Shown: positions 38,071 through 49,800 of the stretch, one piece after another
How positions within the stretch are numbered: position 1 is the stretch's first letter
How the letters are laid out: every line of letters starts with the position of its first letter
DNA from: Phoronis australis
Lineage: Eukaryota; Animalia; Phoronida
NCBI GenBank assembly: GCA_002633005.1
Contig: NMRA01000242.1
Coordinates: forward strand, 186,001-250,000
Reading direction: 5' to 3'
DNA: 64,000 nt
Program-made: the position numbers and the translations under genes
Notes under the pieces: model-generated
Told to the model about the DNA's origin: nothing
Seen by the model: only the letters and a program-made list of their open reading frames with translations
The model's database searches: none

Positions 38071-38939
38071 CTTCTTACCCCGATTCTTCAATTAACTGCT
38101 ATTTTCTCCCACGGGGTTGCATACATGTCATAACAAAGTATCTGAACAGGTTTCATTTTGTATCAAGTTTTTAGTACTTATTTAAATACCAGCAAACCGA
38201 ATTTCAAAACAACTTTTGCTGCTGTGAAGCTGTCATCAATTCCTGCGAGATGTCACAAAATTTTAGAATATGACGTGTTTCACGAGCATACTGTTTTCAA
38301 AATGACGACAGACTTCTCTTTGTTATACAGCGCGGAGAATTACTCAAGAAAATGACGTTTCAAGGGGTAACGTGAGTGTCGGTTGCATGTACGTCCGCTG
38401 CTCATTAACTCTTCATGTTGATATAAGTTTCAAATGAGTATAACTACCATTGCTGTGAAATTTCGGGGCTAACAGAGCTCGACACAATGGTTTCCTAGCT
38501 GTATTTTGACGATAGTGCTTTTTGACGTTTTGTGTTACGATGGAGACCAAATTCGTTGAGTCAATGATGTCCTATGCTTCCATTAGTACCAGTGCCATCT
38601 AAAGTTTTTTTGGCGCTAAATGAGGTTCGTGATGGGCTACTGTACACTTCAATCTTGTATAGTAATAGGGCTACTTAATTAACAACTGGTGGATGCTATC
38701 ATTGCTATGACACCGCATGTTGACATTTTTCATTAATAAATGTATTTCAGATGTTTTGGCACCATAAACGTATGCCTTCAGGGTTGGTTTTCCGACTAAA
38801 TTTCCAAGAAGTTTACTCAACCAGTCAATGACTGTCAATGTAATTTGACTGTCTGTGGTCACGATGAGAACTGAGGTCAATGTGAATCAAGTTTAGGAAG
38901 TCAGTAAAACAAAAAGCTGAAGGATATATATTCTTTAAC

Positions 38940-39117
38940 AATTACCTGTTCGGGTAAATCGAAAGCGCAAGCAGCAGGGTATGGTAAACCATGAACAAAT
39001 GAAAACAAAAAAGAAAACCTTGATATCCGAATGCGCATGAATTCTGAAAACAAAGATAATGATAATGCGTTTGAACGGATGATTTCGTGTATTAGCGTCA
39101 GGTGTCGCGTATTAAAA
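38940..39117. promoter_or_regulatory. Probable bidirectional promoter between USP (minus) and ASCC1 (plus)
   Basis: Divergent gene orientation. NRF1-like ATGCGCATG at 39031-39039. Minus-strand donor CAG|GTAATT at 38945 suggests a non-coding first exon. CpG is locally enriched. Confidence 0.5.
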
Positions 39118-42100
39118 ATGGAAGTTTTGAGGCCAACGTTGGTAAATATTGGTGGTCGGTGCTACCGAAAAAATCCGACAAAAACACTAGAAGACGCCCC
39201 GTTTCGTGACGAGGATGGTATGCAGAAATATCAGTTATTGATTTTTTATTTGATTATGAAGTCCGTGGTAAATGTGACTGTTTTTGTATGCTTGACATGA
39301 CTCTTTGTTGAGCTACTAGACCTGCGAGTTAAGAATTTAATATTTCATTCTTTTTCAGATTTTGAGTCCCCAGACTATTTAGAAGAAACATGTACTCTAG
39401 ACGTCAATTTAGAACAGACAGAAAATGGATGCACCTACAGAATGCAGGTGCCCAGTGCCTTCTTCAGGTAAGTAGCAAGCAGGGTACATTTTGAATTGAT
39501 AGCAATGTACACTTCAAACACTCCACCAGTGTTCGTCTGCTCTTCAAGCAACTTGTGTGCCATGTCTTGTCTTGTCTTGTAATTCCCTGCGATTGTTTGG
39601 CGCAGCACCGTCTTGTGACATTGTAATCTAGGGGTAGAAGTCCATAATGCCATAATTAAATGATCTGATCTCCAAGGAATGGTCATTATCACAGATGAGT
39701 GGAGCACGAGTACTGTCTGTTGGTGGACAATTATGATGCACAGGATGGAGGATTTCGGAGCACAATAAATTAACGATCTGGGTCCGGGTCAGAAATTTGA
39801 ATAAAGCAATTGACTCAAGTTTGCACGTTAATTCATTGTTACTGAGTGCGGCAAAAGCTCGTGAAATTTCCAGTCTTCAATTTTGTGTCACTTGGATGCT
39901 TATCAGGCAGGATTTTCATCATGTAAGAAGCTTCAGAATTGTCTCCTGTGTAGGCATGAGAAGTTCAGTCGTTCTTTTTACTGTACACTCTAATTCACAT
40001 TTTCTAATTACAAAATATTCTAAATCATTCGTTTCAAAATCATGGTGTTATCCTCAAGTGATATGAAGCGACAAATGAAATTTTTGATGTCTAATATTGA
40101 GAATTGCTGTTGGTTTTAGGTTCATCATAGGAAAGAAAGGAGAAACCAAACGGAGAATTGAGAATGAGACTCAAACATCGATCAGAATACCTCGTCAGGG
40201 AGATGAGGGGGAAATAGGTTGGTAGCAGCTGTTTATAGATCAGTTGATCAAACACTGGGATGGAACACAATAGAAGTATAATGTTCGTGTCATCAATTTA
40301 TTTCTTTACTTGTTATTCCTTGGTCTTACTGTTACTTTTAGGTGATGTCCTTGTTTATCTCTGCCAGTCTTTGTGCAGTGTTGTATTATATTTATAACGT
40401 GGTATTGTATTACTCTCTTGGTCAAGCAATGTTAATATGTCAATCAAGTACAAAATGAGAGAAGGGGGAGCAATAGGTACTAACACTTTTAAACCTTTTA
40501 TTTCAGATGTCGTCAGCTTTCAGAGTTATGTTATTTTTGTTAGATGATTTTAGGTAATTTAGAATTTTGGTTATTTTAAATAACTTTAAAGTGAAACCCA
40601 TTGTAATTCTGTAACATATTTTGTGGATGACCTTTTCCAGTGATTAAAGGTGGCAACAGGAAGGGTGTGATCTCAGCCAAGACAAGGATTGAGGTGCTGG
40701 TACAATCAGGACGACGGAAGACTGCTTTCACTCACTTCCTGTCATTTCCTGTCAACATGGCTGATATGAAGGAAAAGTTTCAGGAATTTAAGGATGATGT
40801 CTTACGTACATGTGATGGGGTAAGTTCATATTGTAGGTGGTGTTGTGAAGCGCCCCCAACACCTGGAGTATTGTTGCAGATGTTGGTCACATGTCTCCTT
40901 GTGATTGGTTCGCAGTGTTAGAAAGTGGACTCCAATGGTGTTATAGCTTATAGCACGACACGAGAATAGCCTTCACAGACCTTGCTACACCAAGACTAAC
41001 TTAGGCAAGGGGCTTTTGTCTCTTAGGACATTAAAGGAATTCTGGTGATAGCAAGTATGAGCCAGCCAAATAGCAAGTCAAGACATAAAGACATGGAAAT
41101 CTTTGTTAGAAAGCAGTGCATTTGTAAGGATTTCTACCAGGTTAGGTTTATTGTATTAGAAACACAAAGGGTTTGGTAATATGGTGTCTGCAGGTAATGG
41201 GGGTGAGTGGTGTGTAATGCAACTTTTTAGTCATCTCCACTTTACTCAATCATTAGATGAATGTCTTGGGGAGAATGTGAGTGTGCTCATCATAGGTTGG
41301 TGACTATAGTATTGACAGTGCTGGTTGACTACATGAAAGTAACTTCCTTTATGTCAGACCATTTTAAATATATGCTGTCACAGAGCATGTATTATAACAT
41401 ATGGATATCCAATGTACTGTTTTAAAAAGTACAGTGTCTTTACTAAACTGCTATATGACAAAAATTTGAAAAAGGTACTCAATATTTAACCTACCTTTGT
41501 CTTTGAAAGGGTTGTTTTGCATGTCTTTGAATGCCCGTTGCGCATGATGTCTGTACCCTGGCTGGGGCCTGGGTTATATCTTTGAGTCCTCTATACACCC
41601 AGGCACCTTACACTTGTCACGGCAGACTGATGGCAAGTCAGCCACTCTTAGTTGTGGCCTTGGCTTTTGCACTGCACAATTTAAACTCAGATTTTTTTCT
41701 TAACCAGCTTGTCTATTAATCTGTCTTTAAAAAATCTGATTTTGTCATTGTCTTGCAGGATAGGGGGATTGAGAACACAATCTTTCAGAATGCAGATAAA
41801 CTACACATGACTATTGGTACACTGGCACTGATGGATGAACATGAAGTGAGACAGGCTACAGACCTTCTGCATGCTTGTCACACTACTATAGTGCAGTGAG
41901 TAACAATATACTGTCACATTGACTACTTAACAGTAACATGAAGCGAGACAGGCGAAATACTTTCTTTGACAAAAGTACTTGGTTACTCAAGGCGGTTCCA
42001 ACATACCTACTGTCCCATAACTGTGTGCTATGTTACACTGGTTACCTACACTCATCATTCCAGACCCCTGTTGAAAGGTGAATCATTAGTGTGTAACATC

Positions 42101-44854
42101 AAGGGTTTGGAATACATGAATGATGACCCTGGTGACGTCGATGTACTCTACGCTAAGGTGGCTCCCTCTACAGCCATGGACAGGTACAGAGTGGTTACAT
42201 TTCATATGGCTTTTTAATATTTGGTGATGTTTCAAGAACACAGTTCAGACCCCAAGTCTTAGAAGTGTAATTAAGATTAGAAAATTAATAAGAATTTATC
42301 ATATGTCTGTTGTTGACTTTGTGACATTTCTTTTGGCTTTTCGGAGCATAAATCAATTCAAGTACAGCACGTTGTCTATTGTTAATGTTATTTTCCAGAG
42401 CTAACTGTGTTACTCCATTTTGGTGTTCATTTAAGACTTGTTTTGTAACAAAATGTCTTCTAGCAACAATGGCTATTATTTAAGTTCCTTGAGTCGACAT
42501 TTTTCTGGTTCTTTAATAACCCTATAATTGACCACTTCCACCACTAAACTACAGTTTCTGTTTTTTGTAGACTACAGAATCTGGCTGACCGAATTGCGGA
42601 CAAGTTTGTCGCTTCTGGTCTGATGCAGCAGGACTATGATCATGTCAAACTACACATTACTGTCATGAATACACTGATGCGCAAGGACCCAAGTGGAGCA
42701 TTCATGCCCAGGGGAGACAAAGACATGAGTCGTGGGAGAAGAGAAAGGGAATCCTTCAATGCTGGACATTTGTTATCGGTAAGTTGACTACAGACTCTGA
42801 TGTCAGGCCACTTGAAGTTGGTTAACCACACAAGGCCATTATATATTCTTGGTAGATAAACCGCTGCATAAGTTGATAATGATCTGCAATTTTGTGAAAG
42901 TGTCCACCAAACAGTGCTAGATGATAACAATATCTTTTAAATAGTTCAAAGCAACAACAAGTTATCTTTCAAGTAGTATAAAGCAATAATAATATCTTTC
43001 TACTGGTGGAAAGCAATATACATGCTATGAACAGTCCCACTAAATAAGATTGGTCCTAACCCCGGTCGTCAAGGTAAACGGTGGGGTATGGAAAATTGAA
43101 CTAGACCGTATTTATCCACCTTGGCTGAGTCGCGCTCGGCTCACTATCAAAGGGATGCCGCCAAGCTGCTCTATTCATCGAGTCACGAGCGAGGATAATT
43201 GGCTTCGCTCATGCGGATATGATCAGCTGATTACAATCTACCTAGCAGACTGTACTTTTTATGGAGAGAGTTACAAGTAGTTTTTACTGTAATATTTGAA
43301 AAGAGGAGCGAAAACAAATATGAGTACAACTTTGAATTTTTCAAATCGGCCCAGGATAAGAGATTTTGCAACACAGCAACACTCANGTGAAACAGGCTAC
43401 AGACCTGCATGCTTGTCACACTACTATAATGCAGTGAGTAACAATATACTGTCACATTGACTACTTAGCAGTAACATGAAGCGAGACAGGCGAAATACTT
43501 TCTTTGACAAAAGTACATGGTTACTCAAGTTCCAAAAGTTCCAACATACCTACTGTCCCATAACTGTGTGCTATGTTACACTGGTTACCTACGCTCGTCA
43601 TTCCAGACCCCTGCTGAAAGGTGAATCATTAGTGTGTAACATCAAAGGTTTGGAATACATGAATGATGACCCTAATGACGTTGATGTACTCTACGCTAAG
43701 GTGGCTCCCTCTACAGCCATGGACAGGTACAGAGTGGTTACATTTCATATGGCTTTTTAATATTTGGTTATGTTTCAAGGACACAGTTCAGACCCCAAGG
43801 CTTAGAAGTGTAATTAAGATTAGAAAATTATAAGAATTTATCATATGTCTGTTGTTGACTTTGTGACATTTCTTTTAGCTTTTCGGATCATAAATCAATT
43901 CAAGTACAGCACATTGTCTATTGTTAATGTTATTTTCCAGAGCTAACTGTGTTACTCCATTTTGGTGTTCATTTAAGACTTGTTTTGCAACAAAATGTCT
44001 TCTAGCAACAATGGCTATTATTTAAGTTCCTTGAGTCGACAGTTTTCTGGTTCTTTAATAACCCTCTAATAATTGACCACTTCCACCACTAAACTACAGT
44101 TTCTGTTTTGTGTAGACTACAGAATCTGGCTGACCGAATTGCGGACAAATTTGTCGCTTCTGGTCTGATGCAGCAGGACTATGATCATGTCAAACTACAC
44201 ATTACTGTCATGAATACACTGATGCGCAAGGACCCAAGTGGAGCGTTCATGCCCAGGGGAGACAAAGACATGAGTCGTGGGAGAAGAGAAAGGGAATCCT
44301 TCAGTGCTGGACATTTGTTATCGGTAAGTTGACTACAGACTCTCTGATGTCAGGCCACTTGAAGATGGTTAATCACACAAGGCCATTATATATTCTTCAT
44401 AGATAAACTGCTGCATAAGTTGATAATGATCTCCTGCAATTTTGTGAAAGCGTCCAGCAAACAGTGCTAGATGATAACAATATCTTTTAAATAGTTCAAA
44501 GCAACAAGTTATCTTTCAAATAGTATAAAGCAATATCTTTCTACTGGTGGAAAGCAATATAACAATATCTTTCGAATAATGCAAAGTAATAAGTTAACTT
44601 ATTGTTTCTTCTGCTTGCAAGTCGCCATGCGCTTGGACTCTTTATAGCTTCAATTTAACTGGAAACTCTGCAGTCCAATTAATTTCAGCAATAGTTGGCA
44701 CGAACTTGAAGTCACTGTATTCATCTGTGTGTTTCAGCTGTACAGAGACCATGAGTTTGGGAGCTACCGTATCAGCAGTATTCAGCTTTCCCAGAAAGAC
44801 AAAGTGGCACCGGGTGGTTATTATGCCTGTGCTGGACAAATAACGTTACCATAG
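39118..44854 (+). CDS. ASCC1: Activating signal cointegrator 1 complex subunit 1 (KH domain + 2H phosphoesterase/LigT-like domain)
   Basis: Start MEVLRPTLVNIGGRCYRKNP resembles the conserved ASCC1 N-terminus. Exons 39118-39217, 39359-39467, 40120-40217 (KH loop FIIGKKGETK), 40641-40819 (FTHFLSFP), 41759-41895 (KLHMTIG, HxT 1), 42064-42183 (GLEYMNDDP..VLYAKV), 42571-42778 (KLHITVMN, HxT 2), 44738-44854 (..GYYAC..ITLP*). Splice phases are consistent. Confidence 0.95.
43387..44560 (+). repeat. Near-identical second copy of ASCC1 exon 5 (partial), exon 6 and exon 7 with introns (duplicate of about 41845-43020); probable uncollapsed haplotype
   Basis: Starts right after the N at 43386. Exon copies 43387-43433, 43607-43726 and 44116-44323 differ from the first copy by scattered SNPs and small indels. 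Confidence 0.85.
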
Positions 44855-45617
44855 ATGAGTGAAATGACTAACAGTAGTGACAGTCTGGCATGTAAACGTC
44901 TTGTTAATGTTGTTGTGGAGTCATAAGTCACAGAAATAAATGTTTGAGGTTTTGTGCAACCAATTGTTTAAAACTGAACGCATATGTTGTTACCATGACT
45001 GAGAGTATAAATTATTGGAGAGACATTTTCACTGTTGCTTGCATAGTTCCTGATTAAATATGAAGCAGTACATGACCATGAATAGAGCCCAGGGTTGGAG
45101 CAGTGTTTTAGTGCTAGTCAGCTTACAACCTAGTTAGGTCAACTTGTAAGTTCTTTAACTCGGCAGTTTCTTGCTTTGGAATTTTCTGAATATAATTCCC
45201 TTAAACAATTATTAAACAGATTTTATGTGCATTAGTTGGAAATGTAGTGTTGCGACATTGTTATTCTAGTTTGTGCACTTGGCCTTCCATGAAAGTCTGA
45301 TTTTGATTGGATCCGACTTATGTTTATTGCAGGTTGAATACCTTTAAGAATCATTGGATAGGAAAAATATTTACCAATTGTTTATTAGGTTCACTGCACA
45401 CATTGCATCAAAACATCAACATTTTCAAGTTGTTTGCATTTAGTGAATGGTTAGTAATTGGCAAATGCATCCGGCAACAATTTCAGTGAAAGTCTTGACA
45501 TTGCTTTTAGGCTTTCATTGTCTTTCAGGTGGCTAGTGTCGCTGTTTTGACTTTTTTGGTTTCATGTTAAGTATCTTTGTGTCAAGTCGTAGAAAACCAA
45601 GTTAATTTATAAAATTC

Positions 45618-45626
45618 TTTAATAAA
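45618..45626. terminator. Overlapping bidirectional polyadenylation signal (AATAAA on + for ASCC1, ATTAAA on - for SMC4)
   Basis: TTTAATAAA lies between the convergent stops, where the sequence changes from T/G-rich to A/C-rich. A proximal AATAAA is also present at 44935. Confidence 0.55.
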
Positions 45627-46175
45627 CATAGAATATATTACACAGTACATTCATGTGAACTTTCACGTGATCGTGTAATTACGTGCGGGTGTGCATATGC
45701 AAACTAGATATCACACATATTCAGTAATTCACATCCAGTCTCCACAAAATAACATACCAGAATGCATAACTACAAAATGCAATCTGTAATGAGTGCTTTA
45801 TAATAATCAATACCTGCATGTATCAAGTCAAGGTTTTCATGGATGATTAAATTTGAAAATTTTCATTGATTTCCACACATAGGTAACATACACAACATTA
45901 TTCAACTATGGAACAGCAGCATGTCATCATTTTCACATGTTAGCTAAAACACAGTCACATTCACCCAGACAGCTGCTGATAAATGGTGACCATATAAAAG
46001 GTTTTCTTCTGCGGTTTAACACGGGGTTTCCACAACACGTAATACGACAGAATGAAATGGCAGGAAGAAAATGTGTTTTTGTATACAGCAAACATGAGCA
46101 GTTCAAGGTTTGCACTCTCGATATATGTAAATGTCATAGACGAAGATGCTTGAAGTGAATGACAGGTTATTGCAT

Positions 46176-46692
46176 CAGGGCTTGGAATGACCAATGACAA
46201 AAAACGCGGAAACTTTGAAACTTTTACGGCCCAAATCATGCCCCATAACCAGCCTTGAAATGGTCAATGTGAATCTTTCCCCAACAAAAATCGGGAGGAC
46301 TAAAAAGAAAAAAAAAGGTTACCACCATCAGAAGCATGCGTCTGCGTCCTTTTAGCTCGCCCGTCCACTCCCAACCCACACATTTTTGGCTGCAGAGCGA
46401 CAGTATTTGTCGCCGCGCTTATCAATAACACGAGACGCCATTGAAAATCACACCACGCTGTCCCAGATGCCCCGGCAATGTTGACAATTTACATTCCTCC
46501 AAAACATAAAGAGCAACGGCAACTTCCGCTTTTCGAGGTGAACGTCGTCTGCAACGCCGCGGTAAGAAAGGAATTTGCCGCGGAAATTTTATATCAAATC
46601 CGATTTTTTTACGCGGAAATATTATAAAAAAAGCGGAAAGCACATTTGAAAAAAGCGGAAATCCGCGTTTCCGCGGAAAATTCCAAGCCCTG
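46176..46692. mobile_element. MITE, CAGGGCTTGGAAT family, 6-bp TSD (TTGCAT), in the inferred SMC4 3' UTR
   Basis: Perfect TIR CAGGGCTTGGAAT...ATTCCAAGCCCTG with ttgcat on both sides. Colinear with 37572-38070. Confidence 0.9.
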
Positions 46693-46895
46693 TTGCATAT
46701 ATATACAGCAGAACAGCAACACAATCGAGAGTAGTCTGAGGTGGCAGTGTTGAAGTGGTCTATACCTTTGAAGGAATGATAGGAAACGGTATACCAAACA
46801 TGAACAGCACTACCAACAGGATCGTCCATGACTAATCTAATTTTGGCAAACACCGACGCCTCTTCATTGAGATCTAACCAAGTCTGGAGTGTCTT

Positions 46896-49800
46896 TTAAG
46901 AACATGGTTCCACTGTTGGACTGACATAGGTGTGCGGGTTAATGGCCACAGTTTGGGTACAGTTGTTAGTTTTATAGATGCCCACCAGGCGGTCGGAGAG
47001 TTCAAACATGTTGTTTCGCAGGGAGATGATGATAAATTGGGCGTTCTTGGTCCGCTCCTGCAATGTCAGGGAACATAGGAGATAAGCATTTAGTTTATTA
47101 GTTAAAATCAACATGTGTACATGTCAAATGTAATTTGGTATGGGATTATCCCAACAACAACATGTGTACATGTCAAATGTAATTTGGTATGGGATTATCC
47201 CAACAACAACATGTGTACATGTCAAATGTAATTTGGTATGGGATTATCCCAACAATAAGATTAAGGTTATGTAAGACACTAATGACAAGTCTGTATTTTG
47301 CAAAAAATCTAGAAACCCTGCAGAATTTTGATTTTGGACTTTTTACCAAACTGCCATTAGCTGGGTCACATGACCACGTCTGTTATGTACAAGTTAGAAA
47401 CAAAGGAAGATACATTGATAAAAAACAACAGGTATCAATAAAAGGATGAAATTTCATTTGATATAATTGTTCAAGACCAGATCTTAAAAACATTGTTTTT
47501 AAACACAATTCCTACAGGGATTTTGGAGATGAGTGCTTAAAAAAGTATGTAAAAGTTTTATAATAATCTGGTCACATATCTCTGAGATATGATGAATCAG
47601 CCAAATTTGAACATTTTTCTATGGTCCTCCATAACATTATGAATCGGACTAAACAAAATTGTTAAATAACTCACAAAACTTTTTGTGTTCACCAAAGTGT
47701 CATTATTCACAACAGAGCAACACCATGTCTAAAACACACAAAAAACAGACCACCACATGCCTTGTCAAGCACGCACATCTCACCCAGCTACTCACCTTAA
47801 TATAGTGCGCTACAATGGAGACATTCCTGAAGTCGAGTGCAGCATCAATTTCATCCATGACATACAGCGGTGTTGGCTTGAAGTGGTGAAGAGCAAACAC
47901 TAGTGCTAGTGAGCTTAAGGTCTTCTCACCACCAGATAAGTTGGAGATGTTCTTCCATGACTTCTTCGGAGGACGCACGCTGTAAGTATGGACATATGAT
48001 GAATTGTTGCCAAGACTACTGAAGCAAGTGTTAGGTTGGATGCATTGCTCAGCGTCTTCAGAAGGACCTGTTGCTGTGTGGCAGTAGAATGTCTTGTGAG
48101 TATACTATGTAGCTAGAATAGTTACACAGTATATACCCATCATGTCACCTCTATACAAACTGTTACATAGTAACATTCAACAAACTGCCAAGCACCGAAA
48201 ATAAGATGCACGACGCATAATCATTTTTAGGTTTAGATTTTTTTGATTAAAATTTTCCACATTTTGAAATAGATACGACTACTGTTTGCAGAATAAGAAT
48301 CTATGCCACATTAAGTCAATGAAACAGCATTGAATGAAAACTGCCCGTCTTACATTATTGTTAAGGTTAACTAATGTCTACTCTAACTGGACCAGCGTCT
48401 TTCCACCATGATCCTTTAGCCCATACCTGAACACAATCCCTTCAGAGAACGGGTCGAGTGAGTCAACCAATTCCAGTTCGGCATCGCCCCCTAGTGTGAT
48501 CATTTGGTACATCTCCTTCAGTTTGTATGTGATCACACCAAAGCCTGCCATAAACTCGTCGAGTCGCTGCTTGCGAAGACCCTCGTGGTGTCGCCGCTGC
48601 TGGTCACGCACGTCTGTCACATGGTCCAGCTCTGCCACTTTCTTCAAGTAGTTCTCCTCCTAATGGAGTGAATGATCTTCTAGTTTACAATTAAGCAGCT
48701 TGTTTCATAGACACAGACAAGTTCTGGCAGGAAGTACATTTCAGCCTCACTTACAGGAGAGCTAACATTCAAGCACTGGTTGACAGAGAGGCAGTCCTTC
48801 AACATTCCTACTCAGATATGATGCAACAGGTAGATTGACACTATGACACAGTATTTCTTAGTTTTTGCAGACTGTCACAAACCAAAACCAAGTCAAAGTA
48901 AAAGGATGAACGATGTGACTTTTGCCAAAATGCCAAGCCAATTCATTAAAAAAACTAGCTTAGATATGTCTGAGTATATTCTGAAAAAAGAATTTTGCTA
49001 ACACGAAGCATTGAAGTATATGACAGCGCCACAGATGAAATGGGTCTAGGGGAGTTTACTAGTGTTCCATCCTAGAACTCTGTAGATGCAGAGGCAATAT
49101 CAAAAAACTAAAATTGTCAATAGGGGCAAAGTAATAGACGAATTGGTCTGAACTCATTGTCGTCTGTTGTCAACTTCATAGGAGCACATCTGCCAAATCT
49201 CAATGAGATCCTGACAAAGATGATAGCAATATGCACTCATGGGTGCATAAAAATGAAAAGCGTTTTTACACAGTGAGCAGACCTGTGTACCAACAAAACT
49301 CCATTGGAGTACTCTGAACACCAGATTTGCAGGTTTTTCAGTAAATTTGCAGATTTTTTAGTACAGACCAAATTTACCCTAAAATATGGGGGGGGGTTAA
49401 TTTTCACAGTGGACCTTTCACTAACTAAAAAAAGAAAAAACAACGAGTTTGTTCAACGTTCAGAGCTTTCGCAGAATACTTGCCTCTTTAGTAGACTTTT
49501 GTCTTGTTTAGTCAAACTTTTGGTTTCTCAAATGACCCCTCCCAAGGACAGTTTTCCTACTTACTTGCCTCTAAAATACACGCAGTAACTTGATCACTAA
49601 TTTTCAGAATAATTTAAGTCGTTTAATAGAGGGAAAACGCGCTAAGTGAAAAGATCCTGTTAATCAAATGTCCTTACTGAACTTAGTTGTCTTTACATGC
49701 CTAATCATTAGGCTAATGATTAACCTAATGATTAATCATGTATATACACCTCATTTCTTAACACAAAAACATATCTGCAAATATGTGTTGATGAATCTGC

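Noticed and set aside
37433-38133. ORFs of 161 and 135 aa (and the 143-aa ORF at 46422-46853)
   Set aside because: They lie in MITE copies, the frames are not conserved between copies and no domain motifs are present.
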